32,000 nucleotides of DNA from Candidatus Velamenicoccus archaeovorus (GCF_004102945.1 NZ_CP019384.1:1920001-1952000); one strand, 5' to 3'; counted from the first letter of the stretch, positions 15,383 to 23,034 are shown. Notes: generated by a model from the letters alone, not told the origin. Numbers and translations are program-made.

Positions 15383-15700
15383 TGCATTTTGCCCGCCCTG
15401 AGCACGACCCGTCCTGTGCGAAGGGCAGGGCAATATCACCATCAGGTTATCAGCTTGCATTTTGCCCGTCCCGAGGTCCGATTACATCCTGGGCCGAAGG
15501 GCAGGGCAAAACAAAAAATCTTTAGGTACCTTTTGCCCGCCCTGAGCGCGATTACGCAGAAAGCGTAATACTGGCCTTTCCGATAAGGCCAGGTGCAACA
15601 TCCTGCGCGAAGGACAGGGCAATCATTGCAATCCAGGTTATCAACTGCTTTTGCCCGTCCTGAGGCCCAAAAATAGACCTGACGACGGAAAAGGGTAAAA
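15383..15700. repeat. Four related hairpin repeats (U1 15387-15433, U2 15459-15512, U3 15531-15622, U4 15648-15700, the last degenerate)
   Basis: Each unit is TTTTGCCCGYCCYGAG-variable stem-loop ending (A/G)TCCT-variable stem-GAAGGRCAGGGCAA. The spacers between U1/U2 and between U3/U4 are also related (ATCAGGTTATCAGCTTGC versus ATCCAGGTTATCAACTGC). Confidence 0.75.
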
Positions 15701-15778
15701 TCGGTATGATTATTGTAATATCCCTGCCCCTGCCTGACAAGTTTATTTTTTAGGCCCGCGAAAAACCTCTTATAGTCC

Positions 15779-15807
15779 TTTACAATCCTGTGCAACTGTC
15801 TTATGAT
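15779..15807 (+). promoter_or_regulatory. Sigma-70-like promoter candidate for the DUF1846 gene (TTTACA-17 nt-TATGAT)
   Basis: Both hexamers and the spacing were read directly. It lies 36 nt upstream of ATG 15843. Confidence 0.45.
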
Positions 15808-15842
15808 AATGCATCGGGACCAAAGGCGCTCCCCCCCCCACC

Positions 15843-17366
15843 ATGAAAAGGATCGGCTTCGACAACGAAAAATACCTCCGCGAGCAAGCCCAAGCTATCT
15901 CCGAAAGAGTCCGCAAGTTCGATAACAAGCTGTATCTGGAGTTCGGCGGCAAGTTGTGTTTCGATTACCATGCCGCCAGGGTCCTGCCCGGCTATGACCC
16001 CAATGTCAAGCTGCGCCTCCTGCAGATGCTCTCGGACAAGATCAATATCGTCCTCTCTATCTACGCCGGGGACATCGAAAGCGGCCGGCTGCGGGGGGAT
16101 TTCGGCATCACCTATGACGCCGCCACCTTCAAGCTGATCGACGACCTCAGAAAATGGGACTTGGACATCCTGGCCGTCGTCATCACGCGCTTTAACAATC
16201 AGCCGTCCGCCGTCGTCTTCAAAAACAAGCTGGAACGCAGGGGGATCAAGGTCTACTTCCATTATCCCATTGAGGGTTACCCTGTGGACGTAGACGCCGT
16301 TGTCAGCGACAAGGGCTTCGGCAAAAACGACTACATTGAAACGGACAAGCCTATCGTCGTCGTAACAGGGCCTGGGCCGAACAGCGGAAAACTCTCAACC
16401 TGTCTATCCCAACTCTACAATGAGCACCGCCGCGGCACTAACGCCGGGTACGCCAAATTTGAAACTTTCCCCATCTGGAGCATCGAACTCAAACACCCGG
16501 TGAACATCGCCTACGAAGCGGCGACCGCAGATATCCAGGACTTCAACCTCGTCGACCCGTTCCATCTGGGTGCCTACAAAAAAGTCGCCATCAACTATAA
16601 CCGCGACGTCGAAAGTTTCCCGATCCTCAAGCTGATCCTGGAGAGGATCTTCGAAGGACAAGCGCACCCCGTCCTGTACCAATCACCGACGGACATGGGT
16701 GTCAACAGGGCAGGCTTCGGCATCGTCCAGGACGACGTCGTGCGCGAAGCATCCAAACAGGAACTGATACGGCGCTATTTGCGCTACAATACCGAATACG
16801 CCCTGGGGGTCGAAAAGAAACCGACGGTGGACCGCGCCATGTCCCTGATGGAAGAACTGGGGCTGAAGGTGACCGACCGGCCGACCGTCGAGCCGGCGAG
16901 GGAAGCGGCCCGTCAGGCCGAGACCAACGGTAAAGGCAACGAAGGCATTTATTGCGGGGCGGCCATCCAGCTCGGCGACGGCAGGATCATCACGGGAAAA
17001 AACTCGCAGCTGATGCACGCGGCCTCGAGCGTGATCCTCAATGCCATCAAGACGCTTGCCAATATACCCGACGAGATCCTCCTGTTGTCGCCCCAGATCA
17101 TCCACCAGATCTCGGGACTCAAACAAGGGGCCCTGCGGCAGGAATCGACCAGCCTGGACCTTCAAGAAACGCTCATCGCCCTTTCGATCGGCGCAACGAC
17201 CAATCATACGGCCGAACTGGCCATGAAGAAACTGACGGAACTACGCAACTGTGAGATGCACATGACTCACATCCCCACCCCCGGCGACCAGATCGGCCTC
17301 AACAAGCTGGGCATCAACCTCACCTCAGACGGCCAATTCTCTTCCCGCAATCTGTTTATGGTCTAA
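15843..17366 (+). CDS. DUF1846 / UPF0371 family protein
   Basis: 507 aa. The N-terminus MKRIGFDNEKYLREQAQAISERV..FDNKLYLEFGGKL..DYHAARVLPGYDPN matches my recollection of the UPF0371 family. By hand count GC3 is about 78% over the first 80 codons. Confidence 0.8.
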   Translation: MKRIGFDNEKYLREQAQAISERVRKFDNKLYLEFGGKLCFDYHAARVLPGYDPNVKLRLLQMLSDKINIVLSIYAGDIESGRLRGDFGITYDAATFKLIDDLRKWDLDILAVVITRFNNQPSAVVFKNKLERRGIKVYFHYPIEGYPVDVDAVVSDKGFGKNDYIETDKPIVVVTGPGPNSGKLSTCLSQLYNEHRRGTNAGYAKFETFPIWSIELKHPVNIAYEAATADIQDFNLVDPFHLGAYKKVAINYNRDVESFPILKLILERIFEGQAHPVLYQSPTDMGVNRAGFGIVQDDVVREASKQELIRRYLRYNTEYALGVEKKPTVDRAMSLMEELGLKVTDRPTVEPAREAARQAETNGKGNEGIYCGAAIQLGDGRIITGKNSQLMHAASSVILNAIKTLANIPDEILLLSPQIIHQISGLKQGALRQESTSLDLQETLIALSIGATTNHTAELAMKKLTELRNCEMHMTHIPTPGDQIGLNKLGINLTSDGQFSSRNLFMV

Positions 17367-17427
17367 ATGTTTTGTCTTGAAGAAGGAAATGCCGCTTGCT
17401 GGAAGGCATGCCGCAACAAAAACGCGG

Positions 17428-17685
17428 TCATATTTTGATCGGATGGCATATCTCTGTTTCGGACGCGGATGTCCTTCCGCAACAGCCGCAGACAAATGAG
17501 GGTCTTTCGGATTTGGATGCGCAGGAATGACGCAGATTCTCCAGAACGCCTCCGCAAAATCCGCAGCGAGGCGTCCCTGGGACATTCATGGGTGCGCAGA
17601 GGTGCCCCTTCGACGTCGTCGGAGCGCCGCAAGAAGGGCACAGATACCCCTGCGGCTTTGTTTTCTTGGATGACTTCATCGTCAT
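17428..17685 (-). CDS. Candidate cysteine-rich mini-protein with three 25-aa C-x2-C-G-x9-C repeats (85 aa)
   Basis: Start chosen at ATG 17685, with AGAAGG 9 nt upstream. Cys occur at exact 25-residue (75-nt) periodicity. An alternative overlapping frame (17363..17776) cannot be excluded. Confidence 0.45.
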   Translation of the reverse strand: MTMKSSKKTKPQGYLCPSCGAPTTSKGHLCAPMNVPGTPRCGFCGGVLENLRHSCASKSERPSFVCGCCGRTSASETEICHPIKI

Positions 17686-17795
17686 GCTCTTGTGCCTTCT
17701 CTTGATCCAGGCACAACGCGCTCTCCGGCAAGACGCCATTGTCTTGCCTGCCAAGGATTATATTATGGACTGCCAAGCCTTGTCAACTTCGCCGC

Positions 17796-19322
17796 TCACT
17801 TGCGGCGGGGATAGAGCTCAAAAATTTCCAGGGGACCGACCCTCCTGCCCACCTCGAACCTGCGCGACAGGCCGGCTTGCGCATCCAAAAGGGTCTCTCG
17901 ATCGGTCTCTTCCAGCAAACCATAGACGACAGGATTGAAATAATACATCGCCCCCCTGCACTGTTTCAGAGAATCCTCAAAACCGGCGTCATTGATAAAA
18001 AGCCAGCGGTCCTGCGGGAACAAGAATTCGAGCGCGGTCTTGGATGTGCTGGTCTTAAACGACACGACACAGTCCTGGGCCGGGCAGGCGGGGAAATCCT
18101 TTTGGATATCTTTCCATGAGAACGCCTTGACAGACCCCAGATCGTTATCAGCCTTCGCACCGGCCGCGGCCAGCAAAAAGAAAACCAGGACAAACCTCGC
18201 CCAGCGGCGGCGGATAAATAGCTCGATCGTCTTGGAGACCACGTAACCCATCACAAGAAAAACAGGGATCAGGATCTGCAATATCTGCCACTCGGCATTG
18301 GCCGGCGCATAATAAGCCAGAGGGATAAGGCTGACCAACAACCACCCCACAACCACGTTCATCATCCGTTCTTTCTTGTGAAACATCTGGATCAAGGCCA
18401 GGCCTGCGACCGCCCACAGCGCCATGCCTCCCGTCCGCGAGAGGAAAAGATTAAAGTTCTTGATGAAATAAACCGCGGCAAAGGGGGCATTGCGGCCGTG
18501 ATAGGCGGCAGAGATGCAGGCAGACTGAATCCCGTTCCAGTTGACCATAAAAGGGAGGCAGAAGAACAACGTTGCAATAGCCAACAGGACGGCCATCCCG
18601 AGATATCCTTTGAGCGCCTCCCGGAGCGCATCGTCTTTCTTCGCCTCTGGGAGAAGGACGAACAAGAACAGCGCAAGCATGACGATGTTTTCCGGTTTGA
18701 TGTTGATCGTGATAAAAAAAAGGAAAAGAAGGCCCAGGCCGATAAACCGGCTCTTGCTCTTCAGGAAGCAGATCAAGAACAAAAACTCCAGGACAACGAG
18801 AAATACGGAAAGCGACATGGGAAATTCATACCCGCTGTAAACGAGGTGCTGCGGCGAAACGGCAAGCAGCCCTGCGGCCAGGAAGGAAACGATGCGATCG
18901 GCGGTCAAGGCGTAGCCGACGAAATACAAAAGGCCTACGGACAAAACGCTTGCGGCAAGATTGAACGATGAAACCGCTGTCAGGTTTTCAGCAACAGCGA
19001 GCACCGGGGATATAAAAAACGGATAACCGGGTATATGCAAGGCGGCGGCCAGGTCGAATCGCGCGGGAAACTTTAGCAAAAAAATGTCCTTGATGGCCAG
19101 TGCATCCTCGATATATCCCCAGCCGTAAGGATCCAGGTCTATGTGAAAGGTGTGCCGGACTCTCAAGACAAGCCCGGCGGCCGTCACAAGGCCCACAAGG
19201 AGAACATCCCGCCACGCCGCTTCCCTGAACTGACCCCTGAAAACCGGAAGGCTGTGAAAAACAAATTTTATAAAAGCTGCCAAAAGGAAAATAAAATACA
19301 ACAGCCAACCATAGGAAAACAT
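17796..19322 (-). CDS. Polytopic membrane protein, GT-C-type (ArnT/PMT-like) glycosyltransferase candidate
   Basis: 508 aa. About 11-13 hydrophobic segments are followed by a ~110-aa soluble C-terminal domain. The first loop has an acidic segment, HIDLDPYGWGYIEDA. The family call is tentative. Confidence 0.5.
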   Translation of the reverse strand: MFSYGWLLYFIFLLAAFIKFVFHSLPVFRGQFREAAWRDVLLVGLVTAAGLVLRVRHTFHIDLDPYGWGYIEDALAIKDIFLLKFPARFDLAAALHIPGYPFFISPVLAVAENLTAVSSFNLAASVLSVGLLYFVGYALTADRIVSFLAAGLLAVSPQHLVYSGYEFPMSLSVFLVVLEFLFLICFLKSKSRFIGLGLLFLFFITINIKPENIVMLALFLFVLLPEAKKDDALREALKGYLGMAVLLAIATLFFCLPFMVNWNGIQSACISAAYHGRNAPFAAVYFIKNFNLFLSRTGGMALWAVAGLALIQMFHKKERMMNVVVGWLLVSLIPLAYYAPANAEWQILQILIPVFLVMGYVVSKTIELFIRRRWARFVLVFFLLAAAGAKADNDLGSVKAFSWKDIQKDFPACPAQDCVVSFKTSTSKTALEFLFPQDRWLFINDAGFEDSLKQCRGAMYYFNPVVYGLLEETDRETLLDAQAGLSRRFEVGRRVGPLEIFELYPRRK

Positions 19323-19372
19323 CCGGCGCCACCCTTAGCGATTGCGGAAAATCTCCATGCCGCGACGAAAAC

Positions 19373-20068
19373 TCACTTCACGTCTTTCCAGACAATAACC
19401 TCGCCTTGGCGGCGATGGCAAGAATTTCTGAGGGATTGTCTGAAGCCGTGGCCCAACAAATACCTGACCTTGGCGGATTTATTCGTGTCTGACTCGTAAA
19501 ATCCCAGGATGAGGCGGCCGCCGGCCTTGAGACGGCGCAAACATGCCTCCAAAAGTTCTGTCTCCTTCTGCGTCTCGAAGGAATAATTATCCCAGACATT
19601 CCAATAGATGTAATCAAAACGCGTCTGCGGCCATATCCTGGCCAAATCCGGTTCGATGGAGAGATCGGCGGCGACGAAATTCGCGGCGTGGCGGGGAAAC
19701 AGGAGCTTCGCCTTGCGGACAAGCGAAGCGTCCTTGTCGACACCGTAAGGCACCAAGGACCGCCCCGACCACTCCTGCAGGCACCGCAGCAAAAACCCGT
19801 TGGCGCAGCCGATATCCAAGATCGCCCCGTCGCCGTCGATCGAGCGGGAAATAAAGAACCGCGTGATCTCGTAGACCTTGAAGCTTCTGTGCCCTGTGCC
19901 GGCGGCCGCAACAAACGAACGCAATCTTCCTTTATTCTTGATAAACGCCTTAAAGGCCGCGGAATATTGGAATCTCGCCCTTCTCGGATCTATTGTCCGG
20001 CCTGAAAAAGGGTCCATCATAACGACCACCTTCCGAGGGAAAAGTTGCTGCCCGTCCATATTGGCCAT
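19373..20068 (-). CDS. Class I SAM-dependent methyltransferase
   Basis: Motif I is ILDIGCANGFLL. An acidic residue ends beta-2 (PYGVDKD). The protein is 231 aa. Confidence 0.75.
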   Translation of the reverse strand: MANMDGQQLFPRKVVVMMDPFSGRTIDPRRARFQYSAAFKAFIKNKGRLRSFVAAAGTGHRSFKVYEITRFFISRSIDGDGAILDIGCANGFLLRCLQEWSGRSLVPYGVDKDASLVRKAKLLFPRHAANFVAADLSIEPDLARIWPQTRFDYIYWNVWDNYSFETQKETELLEACLRRLKAGGRLILGFYESDTNKSAKVRYLLGHGFRQSLRNSCHRRQGEVIVWKDVK

Positions 20069-20203
20069 GACCTGGATCTAATAACCATGGGGTCCCTGCG
20101 GCTGTCGCAAGATGTCATTGACGAAAAAACGTCGAAGAACTGAAACCCCGCGAACCTCACCCGCCGCTTACGGCGGACAGGAAATTCTGGCAAATGGGAT
20201 GAA

Positions 20204-21034
20204 TCAGGGGGCGCCGCCATATTTGATCTGGGAAATCTCAGAACGCCTGATGGTCATCTGTCCTTCGCCGCCGTTTTCAAAATACAGATGAAGGACCACC
20301 CCGCCATTATTTTCCGTCAGGATGCTGCCCTTGAAGACCAGGCCGTTGCGCAGGATGACCGTATCGAGATTCCTGGGCTCGGTCACGATCTTCATGTGTT
20401 TGAGCTGTTCCAGCCTCGGACGGATGATCTGCTGATAGGTAAGGCGATAAAGGAGGGTGACAGCCGCTGCAGCGAAGAGTGCCGCGGCCAAAAACATCGC
20501 GATACGCCGGAATTTCAAAAGACCGATGCGGCCGTAGGGAATGATCCTGTTGCGGCCCGTCTTTTTGGAAAAATACATCGCTTCGTCGGCGTTACGGATC
20601 ATCTCGTCGGGTGTCCGGCCGTCTTGGGGAAAACCCGCGATCCCGCAGCTCACCGATACGCGGTAGAAGCGGTTTCCGTAAAGACACGGCCTGCGGCGCA
20701 AGTTGTGTTGGCATTGCCGCATGGCCGACAAGGCCTCCCTGACGGTCTTGCCGGGGAAGATAACGATGAATTCGTCGCCGCCATAGCGCAAGAAGAAAGA
20801 CGGCCCTTCCAAAAAGGTCAACCGCAGCGTCGAGGTGGCGTATTTAAGGATCTCGTCGCCGAAAAGATGGCCGTATTTGTCGTTGTATTTCTTAAAGCGA
20901 TCGATGTCGATCAGGGCGAGGGAAAACGGTTTGCCTTGCGCCGTGGAATCTGCCATCAGCTGCCGCAGATATGGTTCCAAGGCGTCTCTCTGGTAAAATC
21001 CGGTGAGGATATCTCTTGGGGCCTGGTCCAGCAT
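20204..21034 (-). CDS. Diguanylate cyclase (GGDEF) with N-terminal catalytic domain, one TM helix and a small C-terminal domain
   Basis: DILTGFYQRDALE...FSLALIDIDRFKKYNDKYGH.FGDE...RYGGDEF... is followed by the hydrophobic stretch IAMFLAAALFAAAAVTLLY and then ~75 aa of beta-rich sequence. Confidence 0.85.
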   Translation of the reverse strand: MLDQAPRDILTGFYQRDALEPYLRQLMADSTAQGKPFSLALIDIDRFKKYNDKYGHLFGDEILKYATSTLRLTFLEGPSFFLRYGGDEFIVIFPGKTVREALSAMRQCQHNLRRRPCLYGNRFYRVSVSCGIAGFPQDGRTPDEMIRNADEAMYFSKKTGRNRIIPYGRIGLLKFRRIAMFLAAALFAAAAVTLLYRLTYQQIIRPRLEQLKHMKIVTEPRNLDTVILRNGLVFKGSILTENNGGVVLHLYFENGGEGQMTIRRSEISQIKYGGAP

Positions 21035-21376
21035 GATCTGTCTGTTCGCTTCTTATCCGCGAAGACCGGGGTCCAGCTGTGTTGCGGTATCTGGAGCCCC
21101 ACGGGTATAACCCGTAGGTCCTTTCCTGTCCGCCCCGGTGGGGCGACGTCCCGAACCGCCATGGTTATGCTAGCGGCCAAAGCCGCAGGCATTACCTATC
21201 CACGGGCGTAGCCTCGCCCGCCCAAAGCGGGCAGGGAATTCCGGCCAAGGGATTAAATTCGGGCGAAGAAGGGCCATGGGGGGCGTCACGGCCGGCCGCG
21301 CACGCCACGCGCCGGGCATAGACACACTACGCGAGGGAAGTCCCGGAATACCGGGTTCTTCTTGAGTTCTCCTGCG

Positions 21377-21520
21377 TTACCAGGTATGGTCTCTGACCCA
21401 CTGGTCGGCGTTCTTGATGTCCCGGCCCATGCCCTTGACCGTTTCGCAGCCCAGGCAGAATAACATCAAAAACAACGCGCATACCAAAGGGACCAGCCTG
21501 AAAGCTCTTCGCGTCTTCAT
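21377..21520 (-). CDS. Entericidin-like small lipoprotein (47 aa), not in the ORF track
   Basis: MKTRRAFRLVPLVCALFLMLFCLGCETVKGMGRDIKNADQWVRDHTW. It has a signal peptide with LGC, and the mature C-x-T-x-[KR]G-x-G-[RE]DI resembles E. coli EcnA/EcnB (CNTARGFGEDI) as I recall them. Confidence 0.65.
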   Translation of the reverse strand: MKTRRAFRLVPLVCALFLMLFCLGCETVKGMGRDIKNADQWVRDHTW

Positions 21521-21676
21521 ACGGATTTGTCCCGTTAGAGATAGGTCCCGTTAAGAATCACGATTTCTAACGGGATAGGTCGCCCCGGGGCGACCGCTTG
21601 TTTTCTGCAAACCCGACGGAACAACTTTCGCTTCCATCAACGTCAGGTGATAGATATTTACGGTTATCCGTTATCT

Positions 21677-22981
21677 CTAACGGGATTTGTTTTTGTAGAG
21701 CTGTATCGCGCGCTCTATCCTCTCCAATGTCCTGTCACGGCCGAGGGTCGCGATCATTTCGAACATACCCGGCCCGACGGTCTTGCCGGAAAGCGCCACG
21801 CGCAGAGGATGGATCAACTGCTTGGTCGACAACCCCATCTCTGCCGCCGTCCGCCGGAAATCCTCTTCAATGCGCGGCGGGCTAAAATCAGACAATTGGG
21901 CAAACCGCGACCGCAAAGCCCCGAAGGCGGCATTCAAGTCTTGGGCGAAAAACTTTTCGGCAGCCGCGGGATCCATGGCGACATCTTTGACAAAGAAAAA
22001 TGCCATCGCATCGCTCAACTCCGCAAGCGTCGACGCCCGTTCTTTGAATAATTGTAATACATCCTCTAAATATTTTCCATCAAAATTGTTGTCGGAAATC
22101 AGGTTACGTTCTTTCAAGAACGGCTTGACGAGCTCGGCCAGTTCTTCGATAGGGCAACTCTTGATATACTGACTGTTGAGCCACAAGAGCTTGTTCATGT
22201 CAAATGTCGCTGCGGTCTTATTGGCATCTTGGATGTCGAATTTCGCGATCGCGTCCTTGAGCGCAATGATCTCCTGGTTGTTGCCGGGAGACCAACCCAG
22301 AAGCATAAGATAGTTCACCAGGGCCCCCGAGAGAAACCCCATGGACCTGTATTCGCTGATGGCGGTAGCGCCTGCGCGCTTGGACATGCGGCCGCCTCCA
22401 GCGCCCAGGATCATGGGGATATGGGCGAACTTCGGCAAAGGATACCCCAAGGCTTCGTAGAGCACGACCTGTTTAGGCGTATTGGAGATATGGTCGTCCC
22501 CGCGGATGATATGCGTGATCTGCATGGCGGCGTCGTCCACGACGCAGGCGAAATTGTAGGTGGGCGACTGGTCGGACTTGATCAGGACCTGGTCCTTGAT
22601 GAGCCCCGTGTCGAACGTGATCTTGCCGTGGATCATGTCGTCGATCTCAAGTGTTTTTTGGGGCATCCGGAAGATCACCGCCCCAGAGCCGTCTTCGGCC
22701 TTGTAGGCGAGACCGGCATCCAGCAGCTTTTGGGCCACCTGGCGGTAGATGTCAAAGCGCTGACTCTGGTAATGCAGTTCATCCCAGTCAAGGCCCAGCC
22801 ACTTGAGGGAAAAAAGGATCTCTTCGAGGTATTCTTTTTTTGACCGCGCCTGGTCGGTATCTTCGATGCGCAGAACAAAAGACCCCCCTTGCGCGCGGGC
22901 ATAAAGCCAGTTGAACAAGCAAGTCCGCGCCCCGCCGATATGCAAGTATCCCGTCGGACTCGGTGCAAATCTCACACGCAT
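21677..22981 (-). CDS. gltX: Glutamate--tRNA ligase
   Basis: Start re-called at ATG 22981, with GGAG upstream (MRVRFAPSPTGYLHIGGART..). The HIGH-type motif is HIGG and the KMSKS-type motif is RMSKR. The 103 extra N-terminal codons in the track overlap the upstream gene. Confidence 0.9.
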   Translation of the reverse strand: MRVRFAPSPTGYLHIGGARTCLFNWLYARAQGGSFVLRIEDTDQARSKKEYLEEILFSLKWLGLDWDELHYQSQRFDIYRQVAQKLLDAGLAYKAEDGSGAVIFRMPQKTLEIDDMIHGKITFDTGLIKDQVLIKSDQSPTYNFACVVDDAAMQITHIIRGDDHISNTPKQVVLYEALGYPLPKFAHIPMILGAGGGRMSKRAGATAISEYRSMGFLSGALVNYLMLLGWSPGNNQEIIALKDAIAKFDIQDANKTAATFDMNKLLWLNSQYIKSCPIEELAELVKPFLKERNLISDNNFDGKYLEDVLQLFKERASTLAELSDAMAFFFVKDVAMDPAAAEKFFAQDLNAAFGALRSRFAQLSDFSPPRIEEDFRRTAAEMGLSTKQLIHPLRVALSGKTVGPGMFEMIATLGRDRTLERIERAIQLYKNKSR

Positions 22982-23034
22982 GACAATCACTCCGTTCGTT
23001 GAGACGCCTTTGTCCCGCCAGAGAACTTTGTTCT

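Noticed and set aside
15387-15700. Possible CRISPR array
   Set aside because: Each unit is an inverted repeat (hairpin) with loops of 10-62 nt, not a direct repeat with uniform spacers. There are only four units, one of them degenerate, and no cas genes lie nearby.
15329-15795. ORFs 15329..15568 (+), 15442..15795 (-) and 15552..15740 (-) as genes
   Set aside because: They run through the tRNA flank and the hairpin repeat array. Their sequence is dictated by the repeats, and no SD was seen.
15801-17254. Antisense or alternative-frame ORFs over the DUF1846 gene (15801..16262, 16404..16682, 16683..17207, 16952..17254, 17041..17226)
   Set aside because: These are typical GC-rich shadow ORFs with Arg/Gly/Asp/Pro-rich translations. 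The plus-strand DUF1846 frame has the family-like sequence and GC3 near 78%.
17363-17776. 137-aa ORF (TTG start) as the real gene instead of the Cys-repeat frame
   Set aside because: This is not fully rejected. Its position-specific GC (about 64/41/64% by hand count) looks coding-like. However, its second half is Arg/Leu-rich junk-like sequence, it starts with TTG, and the 75-nt repeat conserves Cys and Gly only in the other frame. It is kept as the alternative hypothesis.
20288-21211. 307-aa plus-strand ORF and 78-aa minus-strand ORF (20956..21192)
   Set aside because: The first is antisense to the well-supported GGDEF gene. The second overlaps the GGDEF start out of frame and has a low-complexity translation.
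21040-21376. RNase P RNA, tmRNA or SRP RNA
   Set aside because: GAGGGAAGTCCCGG (plus strand) and AAGAACCCGG (minus strand) superficially resemble RNase P CR-I and CR-V. They are the same locus read on opposite strands, and the other conserved regions are missing. The hairpin near 21101-21115 has a 5-nt loop, not a T-loop. No SRP GGAAGCAGCC-type core is present.
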